Below, in pieces: positions 50,367-64,000 of a DNA stretch of 64,000 nt. The notes under the pieces were generated by a model. That model ran no database searches. It worked only from the letters and a program-made list of their open reading frames with translations, and was not told the origin of the DNA. The DNA is from Psilocybe cubensis (taxonomy: Eukaryota). How positions within the stretch are numbered: the stretch's first letter is position 1; each line of letters starts with the position of its first letter. The position numbers and the translations under genes are program-made. The stretch is taken from assembly GCA_017499595.2 (NCBI GenBank), contig CM038999.1, forward strand, positions 1,674,001-1,738,000, read 5' to 3'.

Positions 50367-52925
50367 ATGCGTATCATTGCGGCCTTGTTGACTTTGTCTG
50401 CGTGTCTTCAGACTGCTCTCTCACAGAACGATGCATTCGATAGCATACAAAATGCTCGTAACATTCAACGAGAACAGTTCAGCCGTTTTGCAAGCTTAAT
50501 GGACTCCGCCAAAAAACCTCCTGGTACTCCTGCTATAGGCTCTACTATCACATTCAAAAACCCTGCTGCAAAGAAATTCTTCGTCGACGGAACGAAATTA
50601 CCCGATGGCTAGTTATCTATTTTATATTCTGTTAGTCAATCCACACATAATTGTTCCACAGTTAATTTCGATGCTGGCCCTTCTTGGTCAGGTTTGATGC
50701 CCATTTCGGGAGCCAAAAATGAAACAAGGAAGCTATTCTTTTGGTAGGTCGCACATTATCAAACTATACAAAGAGTCAACAATTACTTTGTAGGTTTTGG
50801 CCTGCAAATAATCCATCTGACACGAAAGATTTGACATTCTGGACTAATGGTGAAGTCAAATTAAAACTTCCATGTTTTGGTCTCTTCAATTAAATCTCTC
50901 AATAGGTGGCCCTGGATGCTCCTCTTTGGAAGGTTTTTTGCAAGAGAATGGGCCTATATGTAGTTTAAATTCCTCTTTTTCTTTATTCTTACTGATATAT
51001 CCCAGCTTGGTCGTGGGGTCAGTCGGCGCCTACTCCGTAAGTTGGCGGGAATTTTGCTGTATAATTGATGACCTGATTTATGATTGACAGTAATCCCTGG
51101 TCCTGGACAAATCTATCCCACGTGCTTTGGGTGGAACAACCTGTCGGGGTCAGTGACGTGATGCCTAATATAATAATTTTGTATTTACAATTATATGACA
51201 GACTGGTTTCAGTCAAGGAACTCCAAGCATCTCGAATGATGATGAGTTGGGCGAACAGCTTATGGGATTTCTTGTTCAATTTTTGGAAGTTTTCAGCGAA
51301 CTCAAGGGCAATAATTTGTGGCTCACAGGGGAAAGTGTAAGTTGTTTTTGTTGGGCTTGGTGACTATATCCGTTCTAATCATAAAAATTTAGTATGCTGG
51401 ATTCTGTAAGCTCTTTCCTGGTGAAGACAGTAATATCTACTGATATCCTTTTGAGACGTCCCATATATTGCCAACTGGATCTATGAGCATCCTGGTCTCG
51501 ATCTTAACCTGAAGGGTATATGGATTGCTGATCCATCTTTGTCCTATGGCACTGTGCAGCAAGATATTCCGGCGCTTCGCTTTGCTCAGGCAAGAGTCCT
51601 TGTCCCTTTTGCCATAGTATTTTCTGACGAGAACCCATATAGGCGAACAAAAATTTATTCCCATTCAATAGTTCTTTCTGGGCTGAATTGCAACAAATAT
51701 CGGACAGCTGTGGATACACTGATTATCTCGACAAATTTGTCACGTACCCTCCTGCTGGCCAACTTCCTCTTGTTGGGACGAACGGTACGTTTAGAACGAC
51801 TGCGTCTTGCCGAATGCACAGCGCCATACAACGCGCGATCGGAGTGTAAGTTCAATTAAATCCTCGTCTTCATGAACTTTATATTCATCAATCTTAATTA
51901 ATAGCTTGAACCCAGTGTTCGACGTCTACCGGTAAGACAGTCAGTTCTAATATGTTGGCCAGTGACACCGAAAAGTGAATAAACTCAACTTGACCCTCAG
52001 AGTATCCGATACCTTCCCCAATCTCTGTCAGTCCCCTTCTATTTGACATGAGAGTATGAACGATTAAAAGACGTTATGTAGGGAGCGTTCTTGGCTTCCC
52101 TCGAGATACCCAGCAATTTATCTACTTCAACCGGTATGTTTCCCGCAAATCTCGAGCCAGCTGGCTTACATAATAACAACTTCGCTCAGGACCGACGTGA
52201 GATGAATTTTCAATCTTAGACAGACATGTTTGTTGATAAATAATTTCAGGTCCAAGACGCTATTCATGCCCCACACATTGACTGGAGCTCCTGCACGGAC
52301 AACTCGGTTTACATTAATCCCGTCACTGGAGGTCCAGGAAGCGATACATCTATTCCTTCTACACTGAGTGTTTTACCTAACGTCATCGACAAGTCTGTGA
52401 GGACCGTGATTGTGCATGGACTGGCTGTAAGTTATCTTTAGTCATGCTCAGTCAAGGAGACTCTTGACCGGGCACAACAGGATTTTATATTGGTGGCAGA
52501 GGGAACCCGCATTGCTATCCAGTACGTGTTCGATGATGTACTATGTTGGAACCAATGGTTGACGATGATACCAATATGCAGAAACATGACCTGGGGAGGC
52601 GCTCAAGGATTTCACAACCCTATAGAAGATGAGTCATTTACAGTGAAGAATATGGGAGTGTTCGGGAACATGCATACCGAACGGAAACTTACCTGTAAGT
52701 AGTACCATCAGTCTGAAGCGGTGATCGATTTAATCTGGCCATAATGTGGCGATTCTGTAGATGTCGAATTCTATTTTAGTGGACATATGACTCCTCGTGA
52801 GTACTTTGAACCTGACGCCATTAGTAGTAGGCCGTAGCTAATGAAGTTACACAGAATTTGTCCCATGGGCAGCTTACAATACGATATCCTTCCTTCTCGG
52901 AAAACAGGATTCTCCTTCTAGTTGA
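50367..52925 (+). CDS. Secreted serine carboxypeptidase (peptidase S10)
   Basis: Signal peptide [53 protein letters not shown], catalytic LTGESYAG, YFNRTDVQDAIHAP, HTERKLT, SGHMTP; many introns. Confidence 0.9.
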
Positions 52926-53233
52926 AAACAGCGAATGGAGGCGTTTCATTTCCATTACACCCACACATAATCCCATTTCTTTAACAAACGTACGAAAGCA
53001 TGTCTGTAACGTATCGAATGAATTGTTGTGAAGCCGAGTTGTGTCGGCGGGTCTGCCTTATTCAGAATCAATTTCGCCTTGAGCTTAGGGGCTAACCCTT
53101 AAACGGTAATTGCCAATGACCGAGATGTCACGTTGATAAAAACTTGCAGGCCATTTAATCGCTGAGGCCACACCCATAATAGTGCACCTCATTGCCCCTC
53201 TTCTGTTCTACATCTAGTTTCCGGCGGATAATC

Positions 53234-55809
53234 ATGGCTTCCCAGAAACTACCCCCACATCTGACTGGGCAGCTAGATGTCCTTATGATCGATAATTTCG
53301 ATTCATTTACATGGAATCTTTATCAGCAACTTTGTCTTCAAGGAGCTGAAGTTACCGTCATCCGCAACGATGCCATATCACCGTCCTTGTTCCCCCAACT
53401 TCAGATCAAGTCTCTTGTGATTTCTCCCGGGCCAGGACACCCTCAGACTGACTCAGGTATCTCAAATGCCGCGATCAGGTATTTCCAAGGCAAAGTCCCT
53501 GTCCTGGGGGTGTGCATGGGTTTGGAATGCCTTGTAGATTTGTATGGTGGAAAGATTGCGTGAGTCCACTTTTATAGACTCTATGGAACCCATTGGTTAG
53601 TGTCACTAACATCAAACGACATTCCAGCTACGCTGGAGAGATTATGCATGGCAAAGTCAGTGCTGTTCGACACGATGGTCGGGGTTGCTTTAGAGGGGTT
53701 CCTCAAGGCATCAAGTCCATTCGGTATCATTCTCTGAGCGCGGATCAGACCACACTTCCAGCTGAGCTGGCCATTACTTCAGCAACCGAAGAATCTGGGG
53801 TTATTATGGGAGTGCGCCATCGACAGTATACCGTTGAGGCGGTCCAATATCACCCCGAGAGCATCCTCAGTGAAGGTGGAAATGAACTTATCCGAAACTT
53901 CCTTTCCCTTCGTGGTGGAACATGGGAAGAAAATCCGGAGAGCCGAGTATTAGATAACACCCTTCCCCCATTTCCTTTTGAAGCGCTTTCAAAAGATATT
54001 TCTTCAAAACCAGGAGTAAAGGCCAAAGTGCCCACTATCTTGGAAAAAATCTACGCACAGCGCCTTGCTGATGTCGCACTCGCACAAAATACTCCAGGAA
54101 CTACGTTAGCTGACTTGGAGATACTTCTTTCACTTAATATCGCCCCACCCCTTATTTCTTTCGTTTCTCGGATCAAACAAACTGTCCCTGGACAGCCATC
54201 GTTATTTGCTGAAATCAAGCGAGCATCACCCTCCAAAGGTCCCATCTCGGTTTCTACTTCTCCCGCAAAGCAAGCGTTAACGTATGCACTCTCTGGAGCG
54301 CACACAATTTCGGTTTTAACTGAACCAAAATGGTTCCTGGGATCACTACAAGATATGCTACACGCTCGTCTCAGTGTGGCTCACCTTCCTAATCGACCAG
54401 CAATATTGCGGAAGGACTTTATTCTGAGTCGGTATCAAATTTTAGAGGCACGTTTATGGGGTGCAGATACTGTCCTCCTGATCGTTAGCATGCTCCCAGA
54501 GGCTTTGCTCAAAGATCTATATGCTTTCAGCTTGGAGCTCAACATGGAGCCTTTGGTTGAAGTCAATAATGCAAAGGAGATGGAAATCGCGCTCGCATTG
54601 CAGGCAAAAGTTATTGGGGTCAACAACCGAAATTTGCACGACTTTCAGGTAGATATGGGGACGACGAGCCGACTTAGCGACATGGTAAAAGGGAAAGACG
54701 TTACGCTATGTGCTTTGAGCGGCATCTCGACTGCAGAGGACGTTAAACGCTACGCGTCTGAGGGGGTAGGCGCTGTTCTGATCGGAGAGAGCTTGATGCG
54801 CGCTAAAGACACCGCTGCCTTCGTCCGTGAACTCTTTTCAGTTCCACCCTCTCCACCACAGCCTCCAGCCTGGCGATCAAATCCACCTTTGGTAAAGATC
54901 TGTGGGATCAGGTCCACACAGGAAGCATTACTGGTCGCCGAAGCTGGGGCTGATATGCTCGGCCTAATGTTTGTAAAAACCTCCAAGCGTGCTATCACAG
55001 TCCATGAAGCTCAAGAGGTGTCAAAGGCCATTCGTAATTTACGTTTCCAGAGATTCACGTCAGAGCAAGTTGAACCAGTCGACCAAAGTAATGTGCCATG
55101 GTTTACAACCCAAGCCACCCGGCTTTCATCCACAAAATATCGTCCTCTGCTGGTTGGAGTCTTCCAAAACTCATCTTTAGATGACATTTTGCAGACGGTT
55201 GCTGCAGTTCAACTCGACATTGTCCAGCTACATGGATCAGAGCCCATTGATTGGGCCCATCATATTCCTGTTCCTGTAATTCGAGTTTTCCACGTCAGCA
55301 AGTCCGGAAAGGGGCTCGAAAATATAACACGCGCAGGCGCTCATCAATATATACTTCTTGACAGTATGAGGGAAGATGGCAGTGGGGTCAGTGGTGGGAC
55401 AGGGAAAGTCGTGGACTGGGATTTGGCCAAAAGAATTGTGATTGATGGCGAAATAGTTACTAACATTTCATATGCGAAGAAGGCTACACTTCCGGAGAGC
55501 CAAAACGAGACACCAGATGGTGGCGAGAGAGCGGATAGCCCCGCAACTCCATCAACAAGCCAAACCTCACCACCATCAACCTTCCCGTTACCTATCATCC
55601 TCGCTGGTGGCCTAACCCCGGACAATGTAGCAAGTGCTATTACTCACGTTCAGCCATGGGCCGTAGACGTCAGCGGGGGTGTTGAAAGCGATGATGGGCT
55701 TGGAAAGGATCTGCAAAAAGTGAAAGCCTTCATCTGTAACGCCAAAGGCACTTCTATTGAATCAGCTATGAACGGAAATGAGCAAGACGTTGCACCAGAG
55801 GAGACCTGA
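53234..55809 (+). CDS. TRP1: Trifunctional tryptophan biosynthesis protein (anthranilate synthase component II / IGP synthase / PRA isomerase; TrpG-C-F)
   Basis: IDNFDSFTWN, ISPGPGHP, LGVCMG, QYHPES (GATase); AEIKRASPSKG, LRKDFI, GVNNRNL (IGPS); VKICGI, VQLHG, ILAGGLTP, VDVSGGVE (PRAI); one intron. Confidence 0.97.
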
Positions 55810-56083
55810 TATTGATCACGTCTCTTGTCTTCATCTCGTTTATGCTTTCATATAGCAATCAAATTTGTGTTCATTTTCTTTTTTATTTTTTAAAAAAAAA
55901 CTGATTAGTGAGGTGCCTGCATGATAGGCGTGATATATTTACACTTTCCTTTAAAACTACTATGTACTAACACTACTCGATATCAATCCGTTTAGACACA
56001 TAATGGAAGTAATCATTATCTCAAGAAAGGCTGTTGAACAAAACTAAGATTGCCTGGTATAACCCTCGAATCCGTTGCTGGGA

Positions 56084-57931
<1,848 letters not shown>

Positions 57932-58854
57932 GATGGATGTAACGGGAAGAGGCGCGCGCTATCGTACAGAGTCAGAGAGCGATCACAACACAAATCGATC
58001 TTCATCTGTCCGACGATCAAGGACAAGCCCGCACAAATACGCAGCACTGCCATACGAAGATGTCGAAGTTTGTCCTTATCCACCCGTCTCATACCACGAT
58101 AGGAAGCTCATACACTGCAGCTCTCCCCCCCGATAATCTAGAACCGTTCATTTACATGGCTCATTCTACCATCCACGATTTAACATTTATTTCAAGGTCA
58201 AGCCTGAAGTTCGGAGATCTCCTGCGGAACCTGAAGGTAGCAGTGATGAGCGCTGGCGGCTGAACTTATTCCCAGATGATCCTGTGGTCCGGAGAACGTG
58301 GTACAGGTTTTGGCGCAGGTAGGCGCAGGTCAATGGTAGAAGGGGAGAGGTACTCAAAAGTTACAGCGCTGTTGCTTCAACTCGGACTCAGATTTAATTT
58401 TGAAATGTAAATGACATTGACTTTGCTGTAGGTTGTTGTAGCCAGCCACTGGGCAGTGCTGACTGGCTGACGCCAAGCCCAAAAGTTATTATTATCTATT
58501 TCGCTTGCAATCAGTTTCTTCATAATTTTTTTCTCTGTTACTAATTCAGCCAGCTTTCTCAAAATCGTTCTGGTAGCTCAAACATTCCACACTTTCGTGC
58601 GTTTATACATCTGGACTAGATATCACTTTCGACTGCTGTATTTTGAATTGGATTCACCAGTCGATGGGACACTGCTTCTATCCGCAGTGACGGATGTGTA
58701 TCGCCGTGGATGCTTTGACCAGCTTGGCTTCCTGACAATGCGGTGTATGTATACAAAAAGGCACCATACACAGCAATAAAGGTGGTGGCCAACGAATTCT
58801 ATATAACGACCACCGTCATCTCATTCACCTCCAAATCCTCTGTGCCCGTTCATA

Positions 58855-59742
58855 ATGGCTGCCAAATTCTTATGTTGCCTTCCTCTTAGATTGGGTGTGA
58901 TTGTGATATCTTTCTGCCAATTTATCCTCTGTGGAGCTCTTGCTGGCCTTCTATGGTTTGCGCTTGCCATTGCCAAAGAAGACAACGATTGTGAGAGTTC
59001 ATTCCTATAGTTATTGTGTGATGTATGATTGCCTAATATGAATTCGGTACTCAGTATCTGCCATAACCCAGTCGATGAAGACTACTGTCATTGTCGTTGG
59101 GGCGATTTACACGTTTGCTGCCCTGGTTGGTCTTTTGGGGCAAGTCAATTTGCTACGTCTTTTAACTAAACGCACTAACAAAATTGCAGATTCTTCGGCG
59201 CCATCTTCAAGAAGAATGGATTTGTGAAAAGTTTCTATGTCCTGCTATGCGTTGTTTTCGGGCTCGAGGTTGGGAGTAGTGTGTGGTATCTAATTACCTT
59301 CTATCGTACAAGAGGACAAACCCTCGACGACTGCATCAACGGGTCCTCTGATGCGGGTCGGATCGCGTATTGCAAGTCCTTGGATGCTTACAAGCGTGTG
59401 CCACAAGGTGCCATGCTGGCTTCAATAATTGTCCCTATTCTTGTACATGCTTGTTAGTGTTGTGCCTTCCGAACATTCTCATTATGCTAACTCCTGACAC
59501 TAGATGCTTGCTATGTCGTTTATCAATACACTAAACGCCTGGAGCGTCAGAAGTTCGAAAAATCGCGCGCCTCAAAATCATTCTCCCAACCCCAACCTGC
59601 TTACCAACCAGTCCTTCCCCACGATGAAAACGTTCCCTTAACATTGCCCAGTGTTCAATACCCATATACAGATGGTCCAAATTCATTTGGCCACGTTCAT
59701 AAACATTCATTCGATAGAAACAATGCAAGTGATAAAGTGTAA
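58855..59742 (+). CDS. Small four-TM membrane protein (agaricomycete 'CCLPLRLG' type), function unknown
   Basis: MAAKFLCCLPLRLGVIVISF..., four hydrophobic segments, Cys pair in loop, tail QYPYTDGPNSFG...DKV*. Confidence 0.75.
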
Positions 59743-60178
59743 TAGCACACCTCTGCTGGGTTATAATCCGCCTGTTTCGTACTTGTTAAAGAGCTTTACA
59801 CCGCAGACAAAATTGACTGGACATTGTAGAACCCTTCTTTACATTTAGGTAGTATCAGTTAGGCACCATGGACGTTGCCACTATCATGTATTTTTTTTTC
59901 AATGGCAGAGAAACATTGGGACAATAAACATCGTTTTGTAACGGTTAAAGACTCGTAAGACTGAAGAACAAGATATGTCTTCTTAGTGACTCAGCCAGAC
60001 GCGTCTCATTGCTCATCGCCTCAAGGCCTATGAAAGCCGGCCTTGGTCTTTACTCTCACAGCACGTGAATGGGCGCCTCTCTCCGGACTCCGGTCCCTTT
60101 CCTTCTTGTGCCGGTTAACGCAATGCCATTTAGGGCCATCTCCCCTTCTCCCATTTCTGTACTCTTCACATAATAGCA

Positions 60179-64000
<3,822 letters not shown>

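Noticed and set aside
53085-53102. Telomere-like TTAGGG / TAACCCT pair upstream of TRP1
   Set aside because: Only single units, not an array; cannot be distinguished from chance
55876-55900. T-run/A-run dyad resembling an intrinsic terminator after TRP1
   Set aside because: Eukaryotic locus; a low-complexity 3' region between convergent genes
59987-59993. Perfect TGACTCA (Gcn4/AP-1) site upstream of PEX1
   Set aside because: A single 7-mer is expected by chance several times in 64 kb; none found at TRP1 where it would be meaningful

Overview
Gene-dense, intron-rich fungal chromosomal DNA from a mushroom-forming basidiomycete (Agaricomycetes, probably Agaricales; a Psilocybe-like host is my inference from the decarboxylase). 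I assembled 26 protein-coding genes by hand from the ORF fragments and splice sites; two run off the window ends. Most are housekeeping: IFA38-type ketoreductase, SPA2, DSC3, TFIIIA, NAG1, lipase, PXR1, NoxR, DRS2, LRO1, TMEM184/OSTalpha, S10 carboxypeptidase, trifunctional TRP1, SLT2-type MAPK and PEX1. I saw no RNA genes, transposons or CRISPR arrays. Three enzymes stand out. (1) An Egt1 (ergothioneine synthase)-derived gene has lost its methyltransferase domain and carries Phe at the catalytic Tyr position, so it is a predicted non-cupin cysteine dioxygenase. (2) An aromatic amino acid decarboxylase has the catalytic-loop Tyr->Phe switch, so it is a predicted aldehyde synthase. (3) A flavin-dependent halogenase sits alone with no PKS/NRPS nearby. 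Smaller oddities include a signal-peptide-bearing beta-carbonic anhydrase, a degenerate PC-esterase-like protein, an MCB/SCB cluster upstream of an Ams2/Spt21-like gene, many GC-AG introns and 5-9 nt micro-exons. Gene boundaries are manual predictions, and family calls rest on recalled motifs rather than database searches.
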